Shown here piece by piece: positions 1 to 9,806 of a stretch of DNA of 64,000 bases. The notes under the pieces were generated by a model. It was not told where the DNA came from. It ran no database searches and saw nothing but the letters and a program-made list of their open reading frames with translations. A program made the translations under genes and the position numbers. How positions within the stretch are numbered: the stretch's first letter is position 1; every line of letters begins with the position of its first letter. The stretch comes from a virus: the IMG/VR virus record IMGVR_UViG_3300007735_000974, positions 3,884 to 67,883 of that record, one strand, 5' to 3'.

Positions 1-2
1 AT

Positions 3-254
3 TCTGTTCGTGAGTTTGTAGAGCAAGCAGCACCATATTTTGGAATGAATATCGTGTGGCAAGGAGAGGGTCTGAATGAGGTTGGTATTGATAGCAATAC
101 TGGATTGGTCCGTGTTATAATTGATCCTAAATATTTTCGACCCGCTGAAGTAGAGACCTTATTAGGTGATGCCTCTAAAGCAAAAAAGAAATTAGGTTGG
201 GAACCTAAAACCTCTTTTAAAAAATTAGTTGAGGATATGTGTATTAATGAATAA
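3..254 (+). CDS. gmd: GDP-mannose 4,6-dehydratase, C-terminal fragment (truncated by window start)
   Basis: Frame is open from the window start (SVREFVE...[27 protein letters not shown]), the typical Gmd C-terminus; fcl lies nearby. Confidence 0.92.
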   Translation, partial: SVREFVEQAAPYFGMNIVWQGEGLNEVGIDSNTGLVRVIIDPKYFRPAEVETLLGDASKAKKKLGWEPKTSFKKLVEDMCINE

Positions 255-1497
255 TAATATGTTTTATGAAATTGAAAAATGCAGAGTTTGTGGAAATAGT
301 CACTTAATTTCTGTACTAGATCTTGGAGATCAATACATCTCTGGAATTTTTCCAAAAAATATTTCTGATGATTTTTACCGAGGACCTCTTACACTTGTGA
401 AGTGTGATGAGTCTAAAGGTGGTTGTGGACATGTTCAACTCAAACACACATTTGATTTGCCAACAATGTATGGTAATGAATATGGATATCGCTCTGGATT
501 GAATTCCAGTATGGTCAATCATCTTCAAGAAAAATATAAAAAAATTACTGATTTTTTGACTTTAAAGGAAAAAGATTTAGTCATTGATATTGCAGGCAAT
601 GATGGAACTTTTCTTGGATTTTTTCCTTCCTATCTAAGACTTATTAGTGTCGATCCAACTTCTAAAAAGTTTTCTAAGTATTATAAAGAACACGTAGGTT
701 ATATTGCTGACTTTTTTAGTGAAAAAACTTATAAGCAATTTCTTGGAGATGAAAAGGCAAAACTAGTTACTTCATTCTCCATGTTCTATGACCTGGAAGA
801 TCCTTGTCAGTTTGCAAGAGAAGTAAATTCTGTTCTTGACCCTCAAGATGGTGTTTGGGTTTTAGAACAAAGTTATATGCCTGAAATGTTACGTGTTAAT
901 TCGTTTGACACAATTTGTCATGAGCATTTGTCTTATTATGGAATGAGGCAATTGAAATATATCATGGACAAATCAAACTTTAAAATTATAGATTTTGAGT
1001 TTAATGATGTTAATGGTGGCAGTATCTCTTTGGTAGTTGCAAATAAAAATAGTAAATATGAAGAGGCAACTCAACGAGTGAATGATATTATTCAAGAAGA
1101 ACTTGATTTAAAACTTGACACCACTAAACCTTGGCAAGAATTTTCTGAACGTATTGAAGATTGTAAAAATAAGTTTTGGGAAATTGTCACTGATTATCAA
1201 AAACAGGGATTGAAAGTTGCTGCTCTTGGTGCAAGTACAAAGGGAAATGTAACTCTTCAAACTTGGAAAATTACACCAAAAGATATTGAAGTTGTTGGTG
1301 ATGTTAATCCAGACAAGGATGGATCTTATACTCCTGGAACTTGGATTCCAATTAAATCCGAAAACGCTGTTATTGATGATTATGACGTATTCGTAATTCT
1401 GCCTTGGCACTTTAGATCCTTTTTTGTTAGCAGTTCTAAATTTAAAGGAAAAAAATTATTGTTTCCTCTCCCAACCCCTCAAGTTGTAGTTGTTTGA
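247..1497 (+). CDS. NDP-hexose C-methyltransferase (Zn-finger, SAM-dependent, C-methyltransferase C-terminal domain)
   Basis: CRVCG...LVKC...C Zn motif, [11 protein letters not shown] motif, [19 protein letters not shown] and LPWHF, typical of sugar C3-methyltransferases. Start at 247 or 259. Confidence 0.85.
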   Translation: MNNNMFYEIEKCRVCGNSHLISVLDLGDQYISGIFPKNISDDFYRGPLTLVKCDESKGGCGHVQLKHTFDLPTMYGNEYGYRSGLNSSMVNHLQEKYKKITDFLTLKEKDLVIDIAGNDGTFLGFFPSYLRLISVDPTSKKFSKYYKEHVGYIADFFSEKTYKQFLGDEKAKLVTSFSMFYDLEDPCQFAREVNSVLDPQDGVWVLEQSYMPEMLRVNSFDTICHEHLSYYGMRQLKYIMDKSNFKIIDFEFNDVNGGSISLVVANKNSKYEEATQRVNDIIQEELDLKLDTTKPWQEFSERIEDCKNKFWEIVTDYQKQGLKVAALGASTKGNVTLQTWKITPKDIEVVGDVNPDKDGSYTPGTWIPIKSENAVIDDYDVFVILPWHFRSFFVSSSKFKGKKLLFPLPTPQVVVV

Positions 1498-1506
1498 TTT
1501 AAAATT

Positions 1507-2442
1507 ATGGAAAAAAATTCTAGGATATTTGTAGCTGGTCATAGAGGTCTTGTTGGTTCTGCAATTGTTAGAACACTTCTAGAAAATGGATATACCAATA
1601 TAGTTACTAGAACAAGAAGTGAAGTTGATCTCCTCAATCAACAGCAGGTTGAAGATTTCTTTAAAAATGAAAACATTGAATATGTGTTTGATGCTGCTGC
1701 CAGAGTAGGTGGTATTAATGCAAATAATGTTTATTCGGCTGAATTTGTGTATGAGAATATTCAAATTCAAACTAATCTAATTCATTATGCTTGGAAATAT
1801 GGCGTTAAAAAGTTTCTCTTTATTGGTTCTGTCTGCATTTATCCTAAGTATGCAGAGGTTCCAGTTAAAGAAGAATCTTTAATGACTGGATATCTAGAAC
1901 CAACAAATGATGCTTATGCTATTGCTAAAATTTCTGGAATTAAAATGCTTCAGGCATATCATAAACAGTATGGATTTAAAAGTGTCTCTCTAATGCCGTC
2001 CAACATTTATGGACCTGGAGATAATTTTCATCCAGAAAATGGGCATGTTATTCCTGCAATGATAACCAAGTTCAATAATTCCAATGGTAAGTCTGTTACT
2101 TTTTGGGGTGACGGTACGCCAATGAGAGAATTTTTATATTCTGACGATTTGGCAGATGCCTGTCTTTTTGCTATGGATAAATTTGAAAATGCCGAAGTTG
2201 TTAATGTGGGTTCTGGGGAGAATGTTAGTATCCTCAATCTTGCAAATACGGTTGCATCAATTGTTGGATATCATGGGGAAATTAATTGGGATACGACTCG
2301 TCCAAATGGAACTCCAAATCGACCACTAGACTATTCTAAAATGACTAGTCTTGGATGGAAACCAAAACATACTCTTCGTGATGGATTGAAAAAATCATAT
2401 CAATGGTTTACTGAAAATACTTTTTATGACAGTTCAAAATAA
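1507..2442 (+). CDS. fcl: GDP-L-fucose synthase
   Basis: AGHRGLVGSA, AARVGGI, GSVCIYP, YAIAK, WGDGTPMREFLY motifs. Confidence 0.95.
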   Translation: MEKNSRIFVAGHRGLVGSAIVRTLLENGYTNIVTRTRSEVDLLNQQQVEDFFKNENIEYVFDAAARVGGINANNVYSAEFVYENIQIQTNLIHYAWKYGVKKFLFIGSVCIYPKYAEVPVKEESLMTGYLEPTNDAYAIAKISGIKMLQAYHKQYGFKSVSLMPSNIYGPGDNFHPENGHVIPAMITKFNNSNGKSVTFWGDGTPMREFLYSDDLADACLFAMDKFENAEVVNVGSGENVSILNLANTVASIVGYHGEINWDTTRPNGTPNRPLDYSKMTSLGWKPKHTLRDGLKKSYQWFTENTFYDSSK

Positions 2443-2458
2443 TCTTGGCACTTAAAAA

Positions 2459-3169
2459 ATGAAATCAAAAACAGAATCAAAAGTCACATTTAATAGACTT
2501 TTAACCGAAGACGATGTTTCAGTATTCTCTGAAATAATTAAAAAAGAAAAGTACCCAGAAAAGGGATTTAGGCATAGAGAACTATGGAATGTTCCTGCTG
2601 GATTTTCAAAATGGGTTTCTGTTCTTGAGCAATTCAGATCTTTAAATAAAAATAATTTAAAGGTTGTGGAATTGGGTCCTGGTACTGGGGTTGTTCCTTA
2701 TATCATTGCCAGTTGGGGAAATGATGTCACTGGAATTGATATTGAAGTTATTGAAAATTGGTGCCCTAAAAATCTAATCAGGATGGTTATTGGAGACGCT
2801 TTATTGGAGATAAAAGAAATGGATAGTGAGAGTGTAGATGTTGTAACCGATCTTTGTGCTATACATGAATTCAATCCCGTAAGTAATGAAGAATTTAAAA
2901 ATGTTGGTCTAAAGCAAGTCGCAGATCAAATTTTTAGAATCTTGAAAAAGGGTGGGAAATTTTTCATGTCTACTGACGTTTCTCTTGTTTTCCCTCCATC
3001 ACAACCAGGTGGATTCCTTCTTCCAGAAGATTTGATTGATATTGTAGAATCATCTGGATTGAAGTTAACTAGTCCATATAAAAAGGAATACGAACAATCA
3101 GAATACAAACCAATCTATCAATCGGCAATTGGTTTGCATATTGCTACTTTCTCTTTTGAAAAACCATAA
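2459..3169 (+). CDS. Class I SAM-dependent methyltransferase
   Basis: VVELGPGTG motif I, VTGID, RILKKGG. Confidence 0.8.
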   Translation: MKSKTESKVTFNRLLTEDDVSVFSEIIKKEKYPEKGFRHRELWNVPAGFSKWVSVLEQFRSLNKNNLKVVELGPGTGVVPYIIASWGNDVTGIDIEVIENWCPKNLIRMVIGDALLEIKEMDSESVDVVTDLCAIHEFNPVSNEEFKNVGLKQVADQIFRILKKGGKFFMSTDVSLVFPPSQPGGFLLPEDLIDIVESSGLKLTSPYKKEYEQSEYKPIYQSAIGLHIATFSFEKP

Positions 3170-3170
3170 T

Positions 3171-4727
3171 ATGAAAATTGTTATTCCAATGTCTGGAATG
3201 AGCCGCAGATTTATAGACGCGGGATATCAAATTCCAAAGTATCTAATTCACGCTAACAATAAAAGAGTCATAGAGCATATTGTTGATTTATATCCTAAGG
3301 ATAGTAATTTTCTGTTTATTATAAATGATAAACATGAGCAGGAGACAGAGGTTGTAAATTTGTTGAATGATATTGTAAGTAATAAAACAATTGTAACTAT
3401 TGATTCTCATAAAAAAGGACCAGTATATACAGTTTCTCAAGCACTACAGCACATAGAAGATGATGAACAAGTAGTTGTTAATTACTGCGACTTTTCAATG
3501 TATTGGGATTATCAAGATTTTGAAAATTTTGTAGATGAAACTGAGTGTGATAGTTGTGTTGTTTGTTACACGGGATTTCATCCACACATGTTAGGTGGTG
3601 ATAATTATGCTTTCTGTAAAGTCAACTTGCACAATGACATATTGGAAATAAGGGAGAAGCAACCCTTTACCGACAATAAAATGTCTGAGTATGCTTCTAC
3701 TGGAACTTATTATTTTCGTAAAGGTGAATATGTTAAAAAATATTTTCAGCAGTTAATTGAAGAAGACGTAAATATCAATGGTGAATATTATGTAAGTCTT
3801 GTTCATAATTTAATGATAAGAGATAATCTTATAAACAAGGTTTATGAAGTTCCTCATATGTTACAATGGGGAACGCCACTTGATTTTGATATGTATCAAA
3901 AGTGGTCCAACTATTATGAAAAAACACTTCATGGGCAAAAGGAAATTTTTATTCCAAATACTGTCACTTTGATACCAATGGCAGGAGCTGGGAGTAGATT
4001 TTTAAAAGAAGGATATTCGGAACCAAAACCATTTATTTCGGTGAATGGTAAAAGAATGGTTGACCAAGCACTTCGTTGTCTGCCTAAAACTGATAAAACT
4101 ATTTTTGGTTGTTTACGTGGACACAGAAGATTCTCTATCCTTGGTAATATTGTATGGATTGATGATGTATTGCCAGGACAAGCTTGTACAACAGAACGTC
4201 TTGTAAATGAAATTGAGTCTGAATCAATATTGATTTCTGCCTGTGATAATGGTGTATTTTATGATGCTAATAAGTTTTTAGATTTGGTAAATGATGATGA
4301 AAATGATATAATTGTTTGGAGTTATAGGAACAATTATACAAGTTACTACAATCCAAATATGTATTCTTGGTTAGACATTGATGAAAATCAAAACGTCTTG
4401 AATGTAAATGTAAAAGAATTTAAAGGAACAAATCCTGTAGAAGAGTATGCTATTGTAGGAACAATGTTCTTTAGAAATAAGGACACTTATCTTGAACCTC
4501 TTCAACAACTTTATAATAAAAATAAGAGAACAAACAATGAGTTCTATATTGATAACTTATTAAATGAAGCTATAGAACTTGGATATAAAGTTAAAAATTT
4601 TGAAATAGATGAATATATTTGTTGGGGAACACCTAACGATTTAAAAACCTACGAGTATTGGCAAAGATTTTTTAATAAAGTTGATTGGCATCTTTATGAA
4701 TACGCAAAAGACTATTTTACCAATTGA
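3171..4727 (+). CDS. Tandem two-domain sugar nucleotidyltransferase-like protein
   Basis: Two IPMxGxxxRF...PK starts (IPMSGMSRRF, IPMAGAGSRF), two NGEYY/NNEFY motifs and two WGTP motifs. Confidence 0.85.
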   Translation: MKIVIPMSGMSRRFIDAGYQIPKYLIHANNKRVIEHIVDLYPKDSNFLFIINDKHEQETEVVNLLNDIVSNKTIVTIDSHKKGPVYTVSQALQHIEDDEQVVVNYCDFSMYWDYQDFENFVDETECDSCVVCYTGFHPHMLGGDNYAFCKVNLHNDILEIREKQPFTDNKMSEYASTGTYYFRKGEYVKKYFQQLIEEDVNINGEYYVSLVHNLMIRDNLINKVYEVPHMLQWGTPLDFDMYQKWSNYYEKTLHGQKEIFIPNTVTLIPMAGAGSRFLKEGYSEPKPFISVNGKRMVDQALRCLPKTDKTIFGCLRGHRRFSILGNIVWIDDVLPGQACTTERLVNEIESESILISACDNGVFYDANKFLDLVNDDENDIIVWSYRNNYTSYYNPNMYSWLDIDENQNVLNVNVKEFKGTNPVEEYAIVGTMFFRNKDTYLEPLQQLYNKNKRTNNEFYIDNLLNEAIELGYKVKNFEIDEYICWGTPNDLKTYEYWQRFFNKVDWHLYEYAKDYFTN

Positions 4728-5799
4728 GTATTGGAATTCTGGAAGAACAAGACTTATAAAAGAAAAAGATGAGAATGGCAGAGATATTGAGGTTGCATAC
4801 TTTTTCTCTTGCCAATTTGTAGGACTATCCAAGCATTATCCACAACCACTCATTTATTCTCACCAAACTCATAAACTACATCTTCCAACCAAGGAGATGT
4901 TTATGTCTCTTGGGAGAGGGACAGTATATGAGGAGACGATGGAATATGAAGTTGAAGTTCCAATGATCTTTAAGAACTTCTGCTCAGTTCCTGTATTTTA
5001 CTTTGTGTACAATGTGGCAAACTACTATCATTTCATTTATGATACATTGCCTTATCTCTATTCATACTTTAATGAGAAAGAGATTCATCCAGACCTGAAA
5101 CTTCTTGTAAGTCCTCCTGAGGGTAAAGACGATTTGTATCCCTTCGTATGGGAATGCCTGGAACTTTTGGGAATAGGTCGTAAGGACGTAGTGTTTCTCA
5201 ATCCAGATACCTTATATAATACGGTTGTAGTTGGTTCTTCATTAACTCACAATGGACTATCAAACACTCCGCCACATTCGGGGGTCTTTGATATTATTAA
5301 CCGTATGAAGGGTGACTATCAAGGACCAGAGAAGATTTATATCTCACGTAGAACTTGGTTACATAATAACTTTGAAAACATCGGCACCAACTACACAGAG
5401 CGTCGTCGTTGTGTGAATGAGGATGAAGTAGCAGAATTTTTTAAATCCCAGGGATATGAAGAAGTCTTCTGTGAAAATATGACAATGAAAGAAAAGATTG
5501 GACTCTTCAATTCTGCAAAGTATGTTGCTGGTCCTATTGGTGGTGGTATGTGTAACGTAATCTTTTCGCCACCAGAAACCAAGGTCATTTCAATCAACAG
5601 CCCTTTGTTCTTTGATATTAATACGCGCTTTGAGTATTCAATGATACACACACAACTTCATCACTTTAACGACACTGAGTTTGTTGAGAAGGTAGAAGAA
5701 AGTGTAGAGAGTGATGGTGCGCTTTCTATTTCTGGTGGTCTAAACTCACCTTGGAAGGTGGATCTAAATAAACTAAAAACATTTCTTAACAATGTCTGA
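4696..5799 (+). CDS. Glycosyltransferase family 61 (DUF563)-like protein
   Basis: NYYHF, KIYISR, RRCVNEDEV, and F..A..VAGPIGGGMCN resembling the GT61 C-terminal motif. Confidence 0.7.
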   Translation: MNTQKTILPIEYWNSGRTRLIKEKDENGRDIEVAYFFSCQFVGLSKHYPQPLIYSHQTHKLHLPTKEMFMSLGRGTVYEETMEYEVEVPMIFKNFCSVPVFYFVYNVANYYHFIYDTLPYLYSYFNEKEIHPDLKLLVSPPEGKDDLYPFVWECLELLGIGRKDVVFLNPDTLYNTVVVGSSLTHNGLSNTPPHSGVFDIINRMKGDYQGPEKIYISRRTWLHNNFENIGTNYTERRRCVNEDEVAEFFKSQGYEEVFCENMTMKEKIGLFNSAKYVAGPIGGGMCNVIFSPPETKVISINSPLFFDINTRFEYSMIHTQLHHFNDTEFVEKVEESVESDGALSISGGLNSPWKVDLNKLKTFLNNV

Positions 5800-6457
5800 A
5801 ATAATAGAACTAGCAAGAGAAATCAGTGAATACACTATCTGTGGTGAGGGTAATGTATCTGTAAGAGACGGAGAGAATACTTTTTTAATTAAGGCAAGTG
5901 GGACTAGTCTTCATACTCTATCTAATGAAGACCTGACACTATGTAATATCCATGGAGTTCAGTTAGATTCTTCTCATAAAAAACCAAGTATTGAAACTTC
6001 ATTTCACGCTTGGATTATGAGAACTTTTCCAGAGATAAACTTTATTGCTCATACTCACCCACCACACACAACTAAAATTCTCTGTTCTAATCAGTTATAT
6101 CAGTTTGCAAATCACCGTTGGTTCCCTGATCAGATTGTGAGAAATGGAACTAAGTCCTGTGTAGTTCCTTATGCACCACCTGGAAAGGCAATTTTAAAAC
6201 TTGTAGAAAAGCACGTATCTGCATTTGTTGATTATGAAGGATACTTTCCAAAGTTGATTTTATTGCAGAATCATGGTATAATCACAGCATCTGCATCTAA
6301 AAAAGATTGCGCTGCCGCAACCTTAATGTGTGAAAAATCTGCTGATATTTTTATTGGAGCAAAACTTCTAGGTGGAGTTAAGTTCCTGACTAAGCAAGAA
6401 GTCGCTGATGTCGATACCTGTCCAAATGAAAACTATAGAAGAAAACTCTATCAATGA
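5792..6457 (+). CDS. Class II aldolase/adducin family protein (FucA/RhaD/MtnB fold)
   Basis: GEGNVS, IKASG, PSIETSFH, HTH and LQNHG metal/phosphate motifs. Confidence 0.88.
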   Translation: MSEIIELAREISEYTICGEGNVSVRDGENTFLIKASGTSLHTLSNEDLTLCNIHGVQLDSSHKKPSIETSFHAWIMRTFPEINFIAHTHPPHTTKILCSNQLYQFANHRWFPDQIVRNGTKSCVVPYAPPGKAILKLVEKHVSAFVDYEGYFPKLILLQNHGIITASASKKDCAAATLMCEKSADIFIGAKLLGGVKFLTKQEVADVDTCPNENYRRKLYQ

Positions 6458-6765
6458 AAATCATTTATGTTGATATTGACGAAACCATTTGTCATCGGGA
6501 AACTTCTGTTGACTTTGGCACAACTCATGATTACACCAAAGCAAAACCTATCCCAGAGAATATAGAAAAGATTAATAAACTCTATGACGAAGGTCATACA
6601 ATAGTTTATTGGACTGCTCGTGGTTCTAGAAAGCAAATTGATTGGACAGAACTTACAAGTCAACAACTTGCTGAGTGGGGAGCGAAGTATCATGAGTTAA
6701 GAGTGGATAAACCTTTTTATGACTTATTCATTGAAGACAAATCATTACGGATTGAAGAATTATGA
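6454..6765 (+). CDS. Small HAD-superfamily phosphatase (capsule-biosynthesis type)
   Basis: DIDETI motif I, WTARG motif II, KP..DLFIEDK motifs III/IV. Confidence 0.82.
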   Translation: MKIIYVDIDETICHRETSVDFGTTHDYTKAKPIPENIEKINKLYDEGHTIVYWTARGSRKQIDWTELTSQQLAEWGAKYHELRVDKPFYDLFIEDKSLRIEEL

Positions 6766-7223
6766 AAATTATTTCTCATCGCGGAAACATTCGTGGTCCT
6801 GTACCTGACAAGGAAAATCGTCCTAGTTACATTGATTGTGCAATCGGTAATGGATATGATGTGGAAATTGACGTTCGTTCAATCAATGGTGAACTTTGGT
6901 TAGGTCACGATGAACCACAGTACAAGGTTGACCATAATTGGATAGATAAGCGTAGGCACTATTTGTGGTTACACTGTAAAAATATTGAAGCAGCAACTGA
7001 ATGTTGGGCATATCATTCATTTTGTCACTCGAATGATCCATTTGTCTATACATCCGTTGGAAAAATTTGGTTGCATAATGACTTAGAATCGGTTTTGTTG
7101 AATGATAACATTATCATACCTAGGATTAGTAAATCTGATTTGGAGTCTTTTAATAAGGATAAAACTTTAGGAACACCATTTGCTATCTGTACTGATTACC
7201 CCGCTATGATTGGAGAATACTGA
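6762..7223 (+). CDS. GDPD/PI-PLC-like phosphodiesterase domain protein
   Basis: ISHRGN, EN, DVEIDV, LGHD, ICTDY motifs. Confidence 0.75.
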   Translation: MKIISHRGNIRGPVPDKENRPSYIDCAIGNGYDVEIDVRSINGELWLGHDEPQYKVDHNWIDKRRHYLWLHCKNIEAATECWAYHSFCHSNDPFVYTSVGKIWLHNDLESVLLNDNIIIPRISKSDLESFNKDKTLGTPFAICTDYPAMIGEY

Positions 7224-7224
7224 A

Positions 7225-7989
7225 ATGACTAAAAAATTTGCTGTTTGTTTTTCTGGTTATCCCAGATTTGTTAGAAAACAATTCGAAAATATTAAGACTA
7301 ATTTTCTAGATGGTCTTGGAGATTATGACATCTATGCGATGTTTCAATGGCCTGAGGATTGGAAAAATACTTTAATGCATGTTAGTCATGACGACAAGTT
7401 TGAAACTAATGAAGTAGAAGATTTCAAAGAACTCTATGGACCTTTAAATCTTAAAAAGATTGCCACTATTCCACCTTATGACTTTAGTCATCTTGAATTT
7501 AATGGTAAAAATGCAGAACCAGATTTGGGTGGGGTTTCTGAAGAAATCTTGAGAGACCTCTTTTATAGACAAAAATGTCAGTTTCAAGGTATCGAAGATT
7601 GTATCAAACTTATTGACAACCCAAATGACTATCAATTTGTTGTCAGAATGAGAACGGATCTAGTCTTTCATTCAGAAGTAACTATGAAAGATTTAGAATC
7701 CAAAGTAATTATCAATCAAGACGGATATATTGCTGGAGCAGATAGACCAGCTTCAGATTGGTTCTTCATCACTCCAACAAATAAACTTGAGTTTTTTACT
7801 GAACTTTCTAAAATTGAAGAGCACTTTAAAGAAGGTGTTGTTGGGCATCACAGAATCATTGCCCAACTTGGTGAGAAGTATGGCATTGAATATCACGAGT
7901 TCAATATTCGAACACCCACAGCCACTGGAGGAGCGTCTGTTCTTTACAAAAAACCCACTGACAATTATAATGTAATTAGGAAGTTTTGA
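7225..7989 (+). CDS. Uncharacterised glycan-locus protein (paralog family with 7994 and 12768)
   Basis: AVCFSGYPR N-terminus and YQFVVRMRTD motif shared with two neighbours. Confidence 0.6.
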   Translation: MTKKFAVCFSGYPRFVRKQFENIKTNFLDGLGDYDIYAMFQWPEDWKNTLMHVSHDDKFETNEVEDFKELYGPLNLKKIATIPPYDFSHLEFNGKNAEPDLGGVSEEILRDLFYRQKCQFQGIEDCIKLIDNPNDYQFVVRMRTDLVFHSEVTMKDLESKVIINQDGYIAGADRPASDWFFITPTNKLEFFTELSKIEEHFKEGVVGHHRIIAQLGEKYGIEYHEFNIRTPTATGGASVLYKKPTDNYNVIRKF

Positions 7990-7993
7990 TAAG

Positions 7994-8770
7994 ATGAAAG
8001 TAGCTTTAATATTTTCTGGTCAACCCAGATTCGTAAAGGAGTGTGCTCCTTATTTAATTGAAAATATTGTTAGCAAATATGATGTAGATGTATTTGCTCA
8101 TTTGTGGTTTGATGAAAACCTATTGAAAACTCCTTATAAGTATGAAGGAAATTGGCCAACTCAAACTATTAGTCCAAATGCTTTAGAAACTTTTAAAGAA
8201 CTTTATAATCCTATCGGTCTTGAAGTTGAAGAAAGCATGTCATTTCAAGACGACAGCATGGACTTTGAAGCAAGTATGAGAAAATATAATGATTGGGCAA
8301 CACCTAATGCTCCAGACAATATGAAAAATGGAACAAAGGGTTTTATGAATTTGATTAAGTCAAATCAAATTTCATACTTTTATAGTCTGAACAAAGCAAA
8401 TCTTTTGAAGAAAAAGTTTGAATATCAAAATAACTTTAAGTATGATTGGGTTATCAGGGCAAGAACTGATACTGCACCACATACTCCTTTGGAACTTTCT
8501 AACTATAATCCAAATGCTGTAACATACACGAATATTAATAATCAAGAATCTGTTACTCCTGGATTAATTTGTGACTGGTTGAATTTTGGTAACTCATACG
8601 TTATGGACGTGTTTAATAGTTGTTTTCCCTGTTATGATCATCTTATTGAAGAATGTAAAAGAACAAATAATGGTGCTTGGTCTCCAGAACTAGTTCATAG
8701 AAAAATGGTTGATCTTTATAAAGTGAAAGCAGAAGGTCATTCTATTCCAGTATCATTGCCCAGATTTTAA
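7994..8770 (+). CDS. Uncharacterised glycan-locus protein (paralog family)
   Basis: KVALIFSGQPR, DVFAHLW, YDWVIRARTD. Confidence 0.6.
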   Translation: MKVALIFSGQPRFVKECAPYLIENIVSKYDVDVFAHLWFDENLLKTPYKYEGNWPTQTISPNALETFKELYNPIGLEVEESMSFQDDSMDFEASMRKYNDWATPNAPDNMKNGTKGFMNLIKSNQISYFYSLNKANLLKKKFEYQNNFKYDWVIRARTDTAPHTPLELSNYNPNAVTYTNINNQESVTPGLICDWLNFGNSYVMDVFNSCFPCYDHLIEECKRTNNGAWSPELVHRKMVDLYKVKAEGHSIPVSLPRF

Positions 8771-9483
8771 TGAATATTCTTATTCCTATGGCAGGTGAGG
8801 GAACACGTTTCCCCAGAGACACCTACAAAGTCCCAAAACCACTAATTAACGTTAATGGTTCTCCAATGATTCAAGTTGCTCTGGCATCTTTAGGATTAGT
8901 TGGAACTTATCATTTTGTTATTCGTAAAGACAGTTACTATGATCAGGTGTGCCATTTATTACACTCTATCTTTCCAGATTCAAAAATAATTAGTGTTGAC
9001 GAAACAACTTCTGGTCCAGCATCTAGTTGTCTTTTGTTTCGGGATTATATCAATAATGAAGATGAGTTAGTTGTTGCTAACTGCGATCAAATCATGTGGT
9101 GGGATCCAAATTTATTTCTTAATACTGCAAGATATTATAGGTATGACGGATTAGTTGTTACTTATACCACAACTACACCAAAGAATAGTTATGCCAAAAT
9201 TGATAAAATGGGATTTGTTCAGGAGATAAAAGAAAAAGAAGTTATTAGTGATGTTTCTTTAAATGGAATTCATTACTGGAGAAAAGGAAAATATTTTGTG
9301 CAAAGTGCAGAAAGTATGATACAATGTAAAGATACTGCTCCAAATGGTGAATTTTATGTTGGTCCGACATATAATTATATGATTAAACAGGGTTTGAAAG
9401 TTGGAATTCATCATATTCCAAACTATCAACATAATCCAGTTGGAGTCCCAGAGGATTTGAATTCTTTCTTGCAAAAATTATGA
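8770..9483 (+). CDS. Sugar nucleotidyltransferase-like protein
   Basis: ILIPMAGEGTRF...PKPLI, NCDQ, EIKEKEVIS, NGEFYV, VGVPED. Confidence 0.85.
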   Translation: MNILIPMAGEGTRFPRDTYKVPKPLINVNGSPMIQVALASLGLVGTYHFVIRKDSYYDQVCHLLHSIFPDSKIISVDETTSGPASSCLLFRDYINNEDELVVANCDQIMWWDPNLFLNTARYYRYDGLVVTYTTTTPKNSYAKIDKMGFVQEIKEKEVISDVSLNGIHYWRKGKYFVQSAESMIQCKDTAPNGEFYVGPTYNYMIKQGLKVGIHHIPNYQHNPVGVPEDLNSFLQKL

Positions 9484-9806
9484 ACGTTACAAAGATAAAA
9501 GATTATGTCCGTGGGTGGTTCATTGGAAACTTTGAACCCTCTTTGTTGAAGACAAGTGGTTTTGAAGTTGGCGTTCTTACCCATCCCAAAGGAGAGCAAT
9601 GGCCAGCACACTATCACAAAGAAACTATTGAATATAATGTTCTTGTTTCTGGTAAAATGACCGTCCAGGGAAAAGAGCTAAATAGTGGTGATGTATTTGT
9701 CTTTGATAAAGGAGAGATTGCAGATCCTGTTTTTCTTGAAGACTGTACTGTTGTTTGTGTGAAAGTCCCCTCCATTCCTTCTGATAAATTTGAGATTGAA
9801 AAATGA
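9480..9806 (+). CDS. Cupin-domain protein
   Basis: HYHKETIEYNVLVSG cupin metal motif; GWFIGNFEP N-terminus. Confidence 0.8.
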   Translation: MNVTKIKDYVRGWFIGNFEPSLLKTSGFEVGVLTHPKGEQWPAHYHKETIEYNVLVSGKMTVQGKELNSGDVFVFDKGEIADPVFLEDCTVVCVKVPSIPSDKFEIEK